A stretch of DNA of 64,000 nucleotides from Chiloscyllium plagiosum (taxonomy: Eukaryota): NCBI RefSeq assembly GCF_004010195.1, contig NC_057714.1, positions 13,154,176 to 13,218,175 on the forward strand, in the 5' to 3' direction. Made by a program: the position numbers and the translations under genes. Within the stretch, counting starts at the first letter, position 1. Each line of letters starts with the position of its first letter. Shown here piece after piece: positions 49,925 through 62,720 of the stretch. The notes below the pieces were generated by a model. That model had not been told where the DNA came from. It was given only the letters and a program-made list of their open reading frames with translations, and did not search any database.

Positions 49925-50300
49925 AAATGCGGTGGAATAGTGTTAGCAATCCAGAACCCAAGCCTAATGTTCTAGGGGCATGAATATGAATTCCATACAT
50001 GTCAGCTGGTGGAATTTGAATTCAATAAAAATGTGGAAATGTATAAAAGCTAGTCTAATGGTGACCATGTAACCACCATCGACTGTCATAAGTACCCAAC
50101 CTTGTTCACTAATATTCTTTAGGGAAATAGATTGGTCAGCCTAACCCAGTCTGGTCTAGATTAGATTAGATTAGATTAGATTAGATTACATTACATTACA
50201 GTGTGGAAACATGTGACACCAGATGTGCAGCAATGCAGCCAATACTTAATTGCTCTCTGGTCAAGTAAGGATGGGCAATAAATGACGACAAAGCCAAACA
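49925..50300 (+). mobile_element. tRNA-derived SINE with L2-like tail, containing an inserted (TTAGA)n HE1/HER1 tail at about 50156-50210
   Basis: ggtggaatttgaattcaataaaa...ggtgaccatg body and aaggatgggcaataaatg tail. About 7 TTAGA units followed by cagtgtggaaaca. Confidence 0.65.
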
Positions 50301-50399
50301 CATGACAGAGAAAGGTAAAAAGTCTCAAAGTCAAGTGTTTGTTAAGATGCAAAATTTAAGCAACAAGTTCCTTTAACCGAAATATATGTGGACACTTAC

Positions 50400-50498
50400 C
50401 TTCTTGAAAAGCCTGCTGGAGAAACTGGTTCATCACTGCAGCCATGTTTCTTACAGCAACTAAAGATTCTTTCTTCAGTCCTTGCTGCCCCAGGTGTC
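50400..50498 (-). CDS. ICE1: ICE1 penultimate coding exon (missed by ORF track)
   Basis: Acceptor ctaaaAG, donor G|GTAAGT; 99 nt, phase 1 to 1. GHLGQQGLKKESLVAVRNMAAVMNQFLQQAFQE resembles human GRLGQLGLKEGFPSAVKNISSVIGMFIQHAHDE. Confidence 0.92.
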
Positions 50499-51029
50499 CT
50501 TTTAGTTAAATAAAACCCAGTAAAATATAAATATTTCTGACCACAATTCTATACTGTCTTACAGAACACTTATAATATTGAATACTTTAATGGGCAAAAC
50601 TGATACAGAATAGTCACTTATCTTAACCCCATTCTCCTGCCAAGAACCTCTTAAATATATTGGTCCTATTTCTGACTTACAAAAATGCAAACATTGCAAT
50701 TCCCCTCAGCAACGAGGATGCGCATCTGTTTCAGAGCAGAACCAGCAGGCACACAGGAGTGGCAGGCCCACTCCAATAGTGATGAACCCAATGAAACAGA
50801 GCAAAGTGTCAACACAGGACCATCATTCACTATAATAACCTAGCAGTGGCATTGGCCTGCCAGCTCTAAATATACACTATATATTTTGTTGCAAAACACA
50901 CACTGTATTGCTGCAACACACTATAACAGAAGAACAATATAAAAGCACCAAAATAAAAGAAAATAATCCACTCTTAGTTATTCATACTGAAATGGACAGA
51001 AATAAATGTAAACAATAGCAGTCAACTTT

Positions 51030-51235
51030 GTTAAAAATCACACAACACCAGGTTATAGTCCAACAGGTTTAATTGGAAGCACACTAGCTTTCGGAGCGAC
51101 GTTTAACCACCTGATGAAGGAGCGTTGGTCCGAAAGCTAGTGTGCTTCCAATTAAACCTGTTGGACTATAACCTGGTGTTGCGTGATTTTTAACTTTGTA
51201 CACCCCAGTCCAACACCGGCATCTCCGAATCATGG
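51030..51235. mobile_element. Young fold-back PLE-derived element in ICE1 intron
   Basis: Near-perfect inverted arms of about 65 bp (51030-51096 and about 51126-51194) plus unpaired 3' tail. Confidence 0.9.
51108..51142 (+). ncRNA. Minimal type I hammerhead ribozyme motif
   Basis: CAC-CTGATGA-A-GGAGC-gtt-GGTCC-GAAA-GC-TA-GTG: intact core, helix I CAC/GTG, AGCT palindrome. Confidence 0.72.
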
Positions 51236-51379
51236 CAGTTAACATTGTGTTTCTTTACTCACTGGAACCATCAATAAACCGGTGAGGGGATTTTTTAGAT
51301 ACCTAAAATGCATTTTAAATTCACTACAAATGCAGTTCAAATAGTAATAGTGAATACAAATGTTCATTGCTACAAAGTG

Positions 51380-51990
51380 CAAGAAAATTCTGCGGATGCT
51401 GGAAACGTGGACAGAAAAGCAAATGGTGGAAGTACTCAGGACAGACAGCATCCTTGGAGAAAGTGTAAATACCAGGTTATGATCTTTATCAGTAAAGAAC
51501 AGTACAGCTCATCAGCAAAAAAAAATTAGAGATTTAATAGTTCATGTGCAAATGGAAAGACAAGGCAGGAAAGGAGTGAGAGAAGGAAATAACTGAAAGG
51601 AAGGCTTTTGATAGGAGTTGCAATGAGGAGAGGCTAAGTAACAAGAAAAGGTGGTAGTGCACAGAAAGAAATGAGGTTGTAATGCAGATATAAACAAAAA
51701 GATGGGTCTGGAGGAAATTGTGAATGCAATACCAGATTAATTGCCATCATTTGCTTGGCACAGCAATAATGATGCTGAACTCAATGCTGAGGTTGGAAGG
51801 TTATGGCTTTACCATCACTCTTGTCCACACCCCATGACAAAGGCCTCCCCTTTGTTCCTTCCTTTCACGATACCTCCCATACTCCACCTGCCTCTAATCT
51901 GTTTTATCACTAAGTTCATCCAGTTCTGATGAAATGTCATCGCTCTCAACCTGATCTGTTTACAGTTTCCAGTATTTCCATTGTTGATTT
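51380..51990. mobile_element. Old Penelope-like fragments in inverted arrangement
   Basis: ctgcggatgctggaaac pLTR-like start, purine-rich then pyrimidine-rich spacers, gttCTGATGAaatgtca near 51923-51940. Confidence 0.55.
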
Positions 51991-52194
51991 AAGAGCAACA
52001 GAACCCAGCTAACAATTGCAGTCTAGTTAGGATATCCTAAATAAAAACACTCAAATATATTCCAGATTGCGTGAAAGAAAATGGAAACATTAGGCTGAAT
52101 AAAAATTAAGTTCAAGTGTGCTCTTCAACGAGATAAATATTCAAAGCTCCTTGCTTATTAATTATTCTCAACAGCGGATGAAATCAATAAAACG

Positions 52195-55100
52195 TATATA
52201 AGACCATAGACACAGGAGCAGAATTAGGCCATTTGGCCCATCAAGTCTGCTCCTCCATTCAACCATGCCTGATATTCCCCTTCTCCTGCCTTCTCCCTTG
52301 AACCCCTTACTAATCAAGAACCTATCTCTAAAGCAAAATCTGAAAGAACTTCAGATGCTGCAAATCAGAAACCAAAACAGATATTGCTGGAAAAATTCAG
52401 CTGGTCTGGCAGTTTACAGTTAACATTTCGGGTCGACTGATCTTTCCTCATGACCTGTTCTGAGGAAGAGACACTCAACCAGAAACATTAACACTGATTT
52501 CTCTCCGCAAATGCTGCTAGACCTGCTGAGCTTTTCCAAGAACTTATCTATCTCAGTCTTAAATACATTCATTGACTTGGCCGCCAACAGCATTGTGACA
52601 ATGAATTCAACAGATTAACCACCAACTGAATGAAGGAATTCCTCCTCTTCTCAGTTCCAAAGGATCATCCCTTCATTCTGAGGCTGCGCCCTCAGGTCCT
52701 AATCTCTCCTCCTAGTGAAGGCATCTTCTCCACATCCACTCAATCCAGGTCTGTCAGTAATCTTTAAGTTTCAATCGGATCACTTCTTGTCCTTCCAAAC
52801 TCCATCGGGAGGATATTGTGAAACTTGAAAGGGTTCAGAAAAGATTTACAAGGATGTTGCCAGAGGTGGAGGAATTGAGGTATGGGGAGAAGCTGAATAG
52901 GCTGGGGCTGTTTTCCCTGGAGTATCAGAGGCTGAGGGGTGACCTTATAGGAGGTTTATAAAGTCATGAGGGGCATGGATAGAATAAATAGGCAAGGCTT
53001 TTTTCCCTGGGGTGGGGGAATGCAGAACTAGAGGGCATAGGTTTATGGTGAGAGGGGAAAGATATAAAATGGACATAAGGGGCAACCTTTTTACACAGAG
53101 GGTGGTTTGGATTAGATTAGATTCCCTACAGTATGCAAACAGGCCCTACAGCCCAACATGTCCACACCGACCCTCTGAAGAGTAACCCACCCAGACCCAT
53201 TCCCCTACCTGATATTTATCCCTGACTAATGCACCTTACACTATGGGCAATTTAGCATGGCCAATTCCCCTGACCAGCACATCTTTGCATTGTGGGAGGA
53301 AACTGGAGCACCCAGAGGACACCCATGCAAACACAGGGAGAATGTGCAAACTCCACACAGTCACGCAAGGTGGGAATCGAACCCGGGGCCCTGGCGTTGT
53401 GAGGCAACAGGGCTAATCACTGTGCCACCGTACACATCGTGCGTGTATGGAATGAGCTGCCAAAGGAAGTGGTGGAGGTTGGTTCAATTATAGCATTTAA
53501 AAGGCACCTGGATGGGCATATTCATAGGAAGGTTTGAGAGAGATATGGGCCAAGTGCTGGAAAATGGGACTAGATCAGGTTAGGATATCTAGTCGGCATG
53601 GACGAGTTGGACCAAAGGGTCTGTTTCCGTGCTGTGTATGTCTATGACTAGATATACACACCCAGAGTCCTCGACTGTTCCTCATATGACAAGCCCTTCA
53701 TCTCTGGGAACATTCTTGCAAACCTCTTCTGGACTACCGCCAATGCCAGCACATCCTTCCTTAAGTATGGGACCCAAAACTGCTCACAATACTCCAAATA
53801 CAGTCTGACCAGTGCTGTATACAGCCTCAGCAGTACATCTCTGTCTTGCATTCTAGCCCTCTCGAAATGATTGGTAGCATTGCATTTTCCTTCCTAACTG
53901 CAACTGAACTGGTGTGTAAGAGAGTCATGAACTAGGATTCCCAAGATTTCAAAACCTTTCCCCATTTAGAAAATAGTTGACACCTCCGTTCATTTGTCAA
54001 AAGTGCATAACCTCACACTTTTCCACACTGTATTCCATCTGAGACTTCTTTGTCCACTCTCCTAGCTGGTCCAAATCCTTTTACAACCTGCTTACTTCCT
54101 CAACACTACCTGCCCATCAATCTATCTTTTGTGTTATCTGCAAACTTAGCAACAATGCCCTCAGTTCCTTCATCCACATCACCACATGCAACATGAATAC
54201 TTGTGGTCCCAACACAGACCACTTCAGAAGACTACTAGTCAATGGCCGCATTCCAGAAAAAAGATCCCTTTACCCCTTCTCTGTCTTCTACCAGTCAGCC
54301 AATTCTATAACCATGGCAGTACCTTGCCCTTAACACCATGGAGCTCTTGTCTTATCTAAGAACCTCCTGTGTGGCACCTTGTCAAAGGCCTTTTGAAAAT
54401 CCAAATAGATCATGTCCACAGGCTCTCCTTTGTCTAATTTGCTCGTTACCTCCTCAAACGAATTGTAAAAGATTTGACTCAGTCCTATTTTACCTTTCAC
54501 TTCCAAGTAGTCTGCAATCTCATCCTTAATATTGGACTGTAAAAATCTTACTAACTACTGAGGTCAGGCTAACCAGCCGATATTTTCTTGTCTTCTGACT
54601 TGATCTGTTCTTAAACAGGGGTGTTACATTAGCCATTTTCCAATTCTCTAGAATGTTCTCAGACTCCAATGATTCCCGAAAACAAAATCACCATTTTTGT
54701 CTCTACAATCGCCTCAACTATCTCCTTCAGAACTCTGGAGTTTCGTCCATCTGATCCAGATGATTTATCCACCTTCTAACCTTTCAGCTTCCCAAACACC
54801 TTCTCCTTAGTGATAGCCACTACACTTACTCTGCCCCTGACTCTTTTGAAGTTCTGATATGCTACGGAGCCTTCCACCATGAAAACTGTTGCAAAGTACC
54901 TATTCATTTCCTCTGCCATTTCTTGGCTCCCCAACCTCATCTCTCAGTGGTGCAGCCTTGCCTCTCTCTTACCTTTTACATACCTACAAAAACTCTTGAA
55001 ATCTTGGATTTTACTAGCCAGCTTACTCTCATATTTCATCTTCTATTTTCAGCCCTCAATTTTTTTTTTAAGTTATCCTCTGCTAGTTTTTAAAGGCTTC

Positions 55101-56940
55101 CCAATCCTTTGACTACCAGTAATCTAATCACATTGTATACCTTTCCTTTTGCTTTTTTGCTGTCTTTGACTTCTCTTGTCAGCCATGGTTACCTCTTCGT
55201 CCCCTTAGTATGCTGCTGCTTCCTTTTGATGGATCTCTGGCGTGCCTCCCCAGAAACTCCTTCCATTGCTGCTCCACCAACTTGCTTACTGGGCTTTCTT
55301 ACCAACTCTGGCCAGCACCTCATTTATGCCTTTGTAGTTATCTTTAATCAATAGTAATACCGTTACATCTGATTACAGCTTCTCCCCTCAAACTGCGGGG
55401 TGAATTGATCACTTACCCGCAAGGCTTCCTTCATCTTCAGCTCCCTAACAAAGTCCGCTTCATTACACATCACCAAATCCAGCACTGCCTGTTTCCCAGT
55501 GTGCTCTACCACAAGCTGAGCCAAAGAATCATCTGGTGAACTGTCCACAAATTCTTCTGCTTGAGATCTGCTACCAGCCTGATTTTCCCAGTCCACCTGC
55601 ATATTGAAATCCCCCAAGAGTATTGCCATAGTACCTCTTTTACATGCCTTTTCTATGTCCGGAGTTATTTTCTTCCCCATGTCCTGACTGGTGTTAGGAG
55701 ACCTGTACACAATTCCAATCAGACTGTTTTCTCCTTTATGGTTTCTCAACTCTACTCTCAGATTCTATGCCTTCTAACTCTATATCACTTCTTGCTATTG
55801 ACTTAAATTTTATTTCTTACTAACAAGCCATCTGTCAGTTCTTACTAACTGTCCCCTCTGTCATCTGCCTTCCTTTCGAAAGGATGTCTATCTTGGATAT
55901 TTAGTTCTTTGCCCTGATTCCATTACAGCCACGACTCTGTGATACCCACAATATTGTACCTGCCAATTTCAACCTGCGCTACAACCTCATTTATCTTGTT
56001 TTGTTTGCTCTACGCATTTAAGTACAACACCCTCAGCTCTGAGTTGACTGTCTCCCTTCTTATAGCTATCCCCTTATCTGCTGTGTCTGAAGTTAGATTT
56101 CTGAACTTTTCAGTTTTTTTCCATCCTATTACTGGTTATGGAAACAGCCTCAGAATGAAGGGATAACCCTTTGGAACTGAGAAGAGGAGGAATTTCTTCA
56201 TTCAGATGGTGGTTAACCTGTTGAATTCATTGTCACAGAACACTGTGGGAGGCCAAGTCAATGAGTGTATTTAAGACCGAGATAGATAAGTTCTTGGAAA
56301 AGCTCAGCTGAGCCGTCCCCCCTTTAACTATTTCCATAATTGCATACAACTGACTCTTTAATCTTGTTGGCCTATACCAATTTGCTCTTGACTCAGTTAA
56401 TACTCCAGAGATGATCACCTGTTCGGTTCTGCTTTTTAATTTAGCTCCAAGTTGCTCATATTCCCTCAGCAGAGCCTCTTTCCACTTTTACTGTTGGTAT
56501 CTATGTGGACCATGACAACTGTAGCTTGGCCTGACCACTCCAAAGTCCTCTGCAGCCCAGATGAGATTTCCTGAACCCAGGCAGGCAACACAGCCTGCAG
56601 GACTATTGATTATGGCCACAGTCTATTCCCCTGACTATACTATCCTTGATTACAATTACATTTCTCTTTTCTCCATCCTCTTGAATGGCTCCTTGTACCA
56701 TGGTGCTATGGTCAGATTGTTGATCCTCCCTACAGCCCCACTCCCAAACACACAGGGAGCAACAATCTCAAATCTGTTGGACAAGCTCAAAGGCTAAAGC
56801 TCCTTCAGCACTATCCACCTGCCTCATATGTAGTCACACCCTTCTGCCCCTGACCGAATTTGAGGTAAGTTAAGGGGTGTGAATGCCTTCTGAAACACAG
56901 AATCCAGGTAACTCTTCCACTTCCTGATACGTCGGTGAAG
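52195..56940 (-). mobile_element. Near full-length degenerate CR1 with nested fold-back PLE (52334-52540), opposite-strand CR1 tail (52808-53650) and HE1 SINE (53110-53430)
   Basis: ORFs 53648-53851 (LRLYTALVRLYLEYCEQFWVPYLRKD) and 55363-55749 (GIVYRSPN...LLGDFN...LDLVMCN). Esterase-like remnant at about 56330-56620. Confidence 0.88.
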
Positions 56941-57722
56941 AGTCCTGGGCCTAGCATTTCCATTATATGGTTCTTGATTTGTTTTTTTTTAAATTTTGTA
57001 TTGTCTTTTTAGTTTGTAGCTTGTTATTATTTCCACTATTTATCTTCAACTGAAAGAGGTTGATATAGACAAATTAGTAGCTGTTGCCAACCAATGAAAT
57101 TACAATTTACACTGTTTTGTGCTCGTCCCCTAATCCTGGTCTTCAATTTATCCTGTTTAAAAAATGCTTACAAGCTAAAAACATCAGCAAAAGCACCCCT
57201 TGCCCTCTGCATGACCTCTCACGCTGTATCCAAATTTCATGAACTATATATTCACTCGGGTAGAGTCTCATTCTGGAAGAGATTTCTCCTTCATGACCGT
57301 GCAAAACGTACAGGACAACCAAGTTCGAGATAGTGTTTGTTTTACTATTTACTTTCCTTTTGGATTTGAGAAAAAAATGTTCCTTTGTGTGAATGACAAC
57401 TTTTGAAAATGGGTTGGATGTTTTTCTTTGTTAAAAAAGATTCCCAAATTAATCTGATAACCTCAATAGAGAATTAAGAAAAAATTACACAGTATATTCA
57501 AAAAGATTGCCATAACCTACTGCCCTACAAAATAAATTTGATGCAAAAACAAGATATATGCTGCATAATAAAAGAAGAGTGAAGGTTAAACTTTAAATTT
57601 TATATAATTTTTACTTCATAAAATCAGAAGGTTGAAAAAGCCAATGTGGCATTACCTGTACCTCATAATTCACAGAATCTTCAACTATGTTAAGTATAGT
57701 TTTCCATAATCAAATTAATTAC

Positions 57723-57829
57723 CAATAAGTCTCATGACGCCTGCCACTGTAGCATCTGGAACATTTGGCATATTTGCTTGTCCTCTTCTGCGTTTCATCC
57801 ATTTATCCATTACAGGCCACACCTCTGTC
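57723..57829 (-). CDS. ICE1: ICE1 coding exon
   Basis: Acceptor ttttctttTAG, donor G|GTAATT; 107 nt, phase 2 to 1. TEVWPVMDKWMKRRRGQANMPNVPDATVAGVMRLI resembles human ELWPVMDKWIKYRKGHANIAYTPDIIIASILRLI. Confidence 0.95.
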
Positions 57830-58529
57830 CTAAAAGAAAAAAAAGCAGAGAAGTCAACAATAATAAAAAAAAGAGAATGCAAATTATAAACATTCCACCA
57901 AAATGATAGCAAAACAGCACTTTACTGAGAAATACTACCAAAGAAAAGCATTTCACTTCTGATATATTTGCCATCTCACTGGATTGGAAGTAGAGTGAAA
58001 GCATTAATTATATCATGCAAAAGGAAATGTCAGTGCCGTGCACCCCACTAGCTGCTCTTAATTTCCTAATGGTCTTTTGAGAGATTGGGGATCAGCCTCA
58101 AATATCAATTAAAACAAAAATAGCCTTTGGATGATTCTGTACTGCAATAAAATTTTGGTTTGACAAGCAAGGCAATTTTGAGTGCATTTCAGAAAACATG
58201 GTTCTTAATTTGATGCAGCCGTGTGACTATAGCCTTAAACATGCTAATAAAATATTAGAATTATTGTTTAAACTGGCTCGTGCTGGTTATGCCTCTGAAA
58301 GAAGACTTTCAAAACTTTCTATGTTCAATCCAGCAATCATCACTGACTAGCAATCATAAATTTGAACCACAGCTTATTTTAATCCCACTCAAGCCTGGGA
58401 CTGAGGATAATGTTAGCACCTAACTGAATTATCTAACTGTTCAGCTCAGTTATAAACTCAGATATGAAACAAACCGTACCATGCCTTTCATAGTAATCAG
58501 TGTTATGGTAGGAATGACTGGGCTGTATA

Positions 58530-58825
58530 CGTTAACTCACCACGATCTTCATCGCCTCGAAGATCAAGGGCAGCAGATACATGGGAATATCACCCAAAAG
58601 TCCCCCTCTAATTCTCCAGCACCCTGACTTGGGAGTTATTTCATCATCTGTTGGTGTCGCTGGGTTAAAAATCCTGGAATTCCCTTCCTAACAATGTTGC
58701 GGCTGTACCTACATTCCAAGTATTGCTGTAGTTCAAGATTAACCACTACTACTTCCAGGGTAACTACAGGTGGGCAATAAATGTTGGCCCAGATTGTGAA
58801 TCTCCATCCCATGAACAGATAAAAA
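58530..58825 (+). mobile_element. L2/CR1-group LINE 3' end
   Basis: gctgggttaaaaatcctggaattcccttcctaaca...gggcaataaatgttggcc tail. Confidence 0.75.
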
Positions 58826-58912
58826 AAAATTGATCCATCGAGTACATGGAATTATGCACACATTCAAATCATTTAAATGGTCATTTTAGAATCAAGCATA
58901 TCTCTGAATTAC

Positions 58913-59103
58913 CTTATGAAATTGTTGTGTGTCCATGACCACGGCTGTTGAGAACACAGCAAATCTATCGCGTAAATCAGCTCCCACATATCATCATTAA
59001 AATCCATGCCGTATTCATTACTTGTTCGGAATCCCACTTTAGGACTCTGCTGCATGGCAATAAGGAAACTCAAAACCAAAGGACTAATATCTAGGGGGGA
59101 ATT
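58913..59103 (-). CDS. ICE1: ICE1 coding exon (missed by ORF track)
   Basis: Acceptor tttttcAG, donor AG|GTAATT; 191 nt, phase 0 to 2. NSPLDISPLVLSFLIAMQQSPKVGFRTSNEYGMDFNDDMWELIYAIDLLCSQQPWSWTHNNFI resembles human ...WEYIFAIDLLCCHQKWIWTHDNII. Confidence 0.95.
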
Positions 59104-59616
59104 CTGAAAAATTAAATAAGTACATATGAGAATTAAATCTCTCTGCTTGTTGAAGACGCAGCTTCATCAACGATCTCCAAAGAAAGTGGACAGATCTGGC
59201 AACTGAATTCTAATAAACTGGCAAGGTAACATTTTCACTTTCTGCTGCGAGAACACTGAAAAGATCATTTGTGGCTTCCCTCTGCTTTAATTATAAAAAT
59301 GAGATTGTAATTTTGTGAAGGGAAAGGAGGAGGAACTCATCTAATATGTACTAGGAGCTTTCTTCATTTATGCATTTCTATCTCAGCAAGCAGGGAAGCA
59401 GTGCTGGCTTTAATTCTGGAGAAAGAGTAAAAAAAGTTTGCATTCACTAGAAAATACTGTTGCCAGTGTGGGAATAAAGGAGGAGGCGGTAGTCATTTTG
59501 CATTGGATAAAAATAAGGCACTTAAGAGACTGGTTGTCTTCAAAAGGGGAAAAAAAAATCCTGAACCAGATGGGATGCACCCCATTTGTGGCAGCCTAGT
59601 CAAAATCTCCTTAGAT

Positions 59617-60690
59617 ATACAACATAGAACATTACAGCAGAGTACAGGCCCTTCGGTCCTCGAGATTGCGCCAACCTAGGAAACCAATCTGAAGTCCATC
59701 TAACCTACACTATTCCATTTTCATCCATATGTCTATCCAATGATCATTTAAATCCTCTTAATGTTTGTGAGTCCACTACTGTTGCAGGCAGGGCATTCCA
59801 TGCCCTTACTACTCTTGACTCAAACTTCACTCAGTAATTCAACAAACCAAACTTCGTTTATTCATTAAACGAAACAAACTTCATGCATTCATTCAATTAA
59901 TCAAATTTCATTCATTAATTCATGGACTCAAACTTAATGAGTGAAGTTTGAGTCAATGATTCAAACTTCATTCATTAATTCACTGACTCAATCTTCACTC
60001 ATTCGTTCAATGAATCAAACTGTGTTCATTCATTCGTTGAAGCACACACACATTCATTCAATGGGGATAACATTTGCTATCCTCCAGTCTTCTGGCACTA
60101 ATCCTGTAGACAATGATGACATTAAGACCAAACCCAAAGGCTTGGCAATCTCCTCCCTGACTTCCCAGAGAACCCTAGGATAAATCCCATCCGGCCCAAG
60201 GGACTTATTTAATTTTTACACTTTGCAGAAATGCTAACACCTCCTCCTTATGAACCTCTAGTCAAATAGCCTGTATCTCAGTATTCTCCTTGACCACTGT
60301 CTTTTTCCTGTGGGAAGACTGACAGAAAATGTTCATTTAGTGCCTATCCTATTCTCTTCAGGCTCCGCGCACAACTTCCCATTACTGTCCTTTACTGGCC
60401 CTAATCTTACTCTAGTCATTCTTTTATTCCTGACATACCTACAGAAAGCTTTAGAGTTTTCCTTGATCCTACCTGCCAAAGACTTCTCATGTCCCACCTG
60501 ATTCTTCTTAGCTCCCTCTTTTGGTCCTTCCTGGTTAACTTGTAATTCTCATGCGCCCGTACTGAGCCTTCACGTCTCATCTTTACATAAGCCTCCATCT
60601 TCCTCTTGACAAGAATTTCAACTTCTTTAGTAAACCATGGTTCCCTCGCTCAACTACTACTTCCCTGCTTGACAGGTCCATACTCATCAA
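59617..60690 (-). mobile_element. CR1 fragments (3' UTR 59617-59815; ORF2 60061-60690) flanking a minisatellite
   Basis: catagaacat tail, and KSLGPDGIYPRVLWEVREEIA-type RT sequence on the minus strand. Confidence 0.8.
59817..60060. repeat. 27-bp minisatellite, about 9 degenerate units with one inverted partial unit
   Basis: caaactt-like anchors at 59821, 59848, 59875, 59902, 59929, then 59962, 59989, 60016. Inverted aagtttgagtc at 59944-59954. Confidence 0.9.
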
Positions 60691-61227
60691 GGACAAGGTG
60701 GACATATAGAACTGGTGCTGGAGAGCTAATGGATTCCAAATGTTACATCCCTCTTCAAAAATAGGAGATATGTCTACCTGTCAACTGTGAACCAATTAGC
60801 TTAAACATCAATATGGAGGAAATTTTGACAGGCAACAATTGAGGACACAGTAAACTATCATTTAGAAAAGCAAGATCACAGCTCTTTTTGATATAATGAC
60901 CTACACAGCATATTTTCAAAATTTACAGATAATGCCAAATTCAGAAATAAAGATGCAGTAAAAACACTTCAGAAGGACACTGAAGAAATGAAAAGAAACA
61001 GGTAGATGAGAATATGCCTCAATATGTTACAGAAATGATTTTTTTTGTAATGTGTCAGGGAAAATGGCAAGTATCATATGATGGAATCTTCTCACTGATT
61101 TCAGAAATTTATAAGCACTTAGTCTGATTGACCTCAATACCTGACAAAAGTGTATCTATAAAACCATTCACTTCTACACTGTCCCCTCCAATTTAGACTG
61201 TGACAAAATGTCATAAAGTAACTGTAC

Positions 61228-61388
61228 CTTTTCCCAATTGAGGTATGCACTCAAACAATTCAGAACATCTCCTTTGGCACGTTGCTTGGCAACAGCTTGC
61301 ATAGCTTTATTGACTGGTCCTTGCGTAGAAAATATGTTCTGCCAAACACTCAGGATGAGCAGCAACAATTTGCTTGAATCTGGAAAAT
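61228..61388 (-). CDS. ICE1: ICE1 coding exon
   Basis: Acceptor ttttttttccAG, donor AAG|GTACAG; 161 nt, phase 1 to 0. DFPDSSKLLLLILSVWQNIFSTQGPVNKAMQAVAKQRAKGDVLNCLSAYLNWEK resembles human DFPESEKL...INKAMQLVARQRAKGEVLNCLRAFLNWEK. Confidence 0.95.
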
Positions 61389-62275
61389 CTGGAAAAAAAA
61401 ACTTTATCAAATAGAAAATCTGGTACATGCTGCAATATAAATATTTGACCTATCCACATGTGAAATGCGGAATTGCAAAGAAAAAAGAATATTTTCAGAT
61501 GGAATGAAACAAAACAGAATTACATACTGCAAAATTCAGTATAATGAGATATCTGAAGAGGCACTATTTTGGATACCATTTTCACACTTTACAAAATTGA
61601 ATAATTCCAGTTGAATTTAAAAACATGAATTATTTCTTGTGAATTATTTTTGATACTATTTGAAATGTACTGTAGTCTCAAATATGAAAGATTGAGGCAC
61701 CTGGTTAAAAAGAAAACTTCAAAATTTCAATCTTTGATCATTCAAAAATTCTGCTTCTGGTTTAGAGTTACTCATCTACATTTGGAGGTTGCTTGCGTCT
61801 GTTACAGGGAAAGATAATTAGTGTTCATGAATTTCACCTCACATCAATGTGGTTGCAATGTTGTATTTTGACTTCAATGCTGGTGTGCTAGTCTCTTGAT
61901 CTCTAAAATGCGCTGCCTTGTCAGCATACAATATGGTATGTTCTCCTGTCTGGTGTCATGACTATGAGTCAGAACCCCAAGTTACCAAGCAAACGTTTCA
62001 TTTGTACTTCCAACGTTCGTTTTTGGAAAAAAGTGTGCTGATACACCCAAAAATGGTATATGTAAATTAATGGTTATTAGAGAGGGATCCACTGAATTTT
62101 AGATTTATGCATCCAAAGAGGACTTCAAAACCCTTCTCAACAGTAAGCAAAGCCCTGCAGATTTTGTCCTAATCTGCAGGCAGATTTTGCATTTTGAAGA
62201 ATACACAAGGACAGGGGCTAAAAAGTCAGGTTCAACTTTACTGGGGTGATGTTAGTGGGACTGAATGTGTAGAAT

Positions 62276-62582
62276 AGATTAGGTTATATTACCTACAGCG
62301 CGGAAACAGACCCTTCGGCCAAGCCAGTCCACATCGACCCTCCAAGAGTAACCCACCCAGACCCATTTCCCCCTGACTAATGCACCTAGCACAATGGTCA
62401 ATTTAGCATAGCCAATTCACATGACCTGCACATCTTTGGACTGTGGGAGGAAACTGGAGCACCTGGATGAAACTCATGCAGACACGGGGAGAATGTGCAA
62501 ATTCCACACAGACAGTCACCCGAACCTTGGACCCTGGTGCTGTGGGGCAGCAGTGCTAACCACAGAGTTACTGTGCTGCCCA
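62276..62582 (-). mobile_element. HE1-type V-SINE
   Basis: Reverse-complement head, V-domain and tail. Confidence 0.9.
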
Positions 62583-62720
62583 TAAGCCTGCATTCCAGCA
62601 TGAGCATACTGTACGGGTCACAGTTGAAGATCTAGTTACCCAAGTGAACATTGCAATACGACAGTGTCGCACTGAGTGACAGAAGTCAGCTAACTAGCAA
62701 CCAGACAAGACGACCTTGAG

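Noticed and set aside
59817-60060. CRISPR-like array
   Set aside because: Contiguous degenerate 27-bp units with no unique spacers, vertebrate intron context and no cas genes.
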